Shown here piece after piece: positions 48,565 to 48,599 of a stretch of 48,599 nucleotides of DNA. The notes beneath the pieces were generated by a model that was not told the origin of the DNA, ran no database searches, and worked only from the letters and a program-made list of their open reading frames with translations. The translations under genes and the position numbers were made by a program. Position 1 is the stretch's first letter. The number at the start of each line of letters is the position of its first letter. This stretch comes from Octopus bimaculoides (lineage: Eukaryota), in the NCBI RefSeq assembly GCF_001194135.2, contig NC_068984.1, positions 30,427,069-30,475,667 on the forward strand, in the 5' to 3' direction.

Positions 48565-48599
48565 TATATATATTTATGTGTGTATATATATATATATAT

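Overview
AT-rich eukaryotic genomic DNA, dense in microsatellites and broken by 11 N gaps. The repeat content (tRNA-derived SINE families, mariner/Tc1 relics, long AT/AC microsatellites) looks like octopus or another coleoid cephalopod; that is inferred from remembered repeat families, not a search. No intact gene or ORF was identified, and most of the supplied ORF track is microsatellite or gap artefact. The window reads as intronic or intergenic TE graveyard. It holds a full-length D34D mariner pseudogene with TIRs (47281-48564), an older mariner relic, a mariner with an inverted internal segment, Tc1 fragments, a degenerate Penelope-like element (PLE) with a hammerhead (HHR) motif, an RLE-type (R4/Dong-like) LINE tail, a three-finger C2H2 remnant, several SINE families with nesting, and small tandem arrays and a hairpin. 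The most unusual signals are two copies of a minimal hammerhead fold sharing a non-canonical core (CTGTTGAA), and a low-confidence chain of phase-consistent minus-strand exon candidates at 18.0-20.8 kb. I found no clear evidence of a new multi-gene system.
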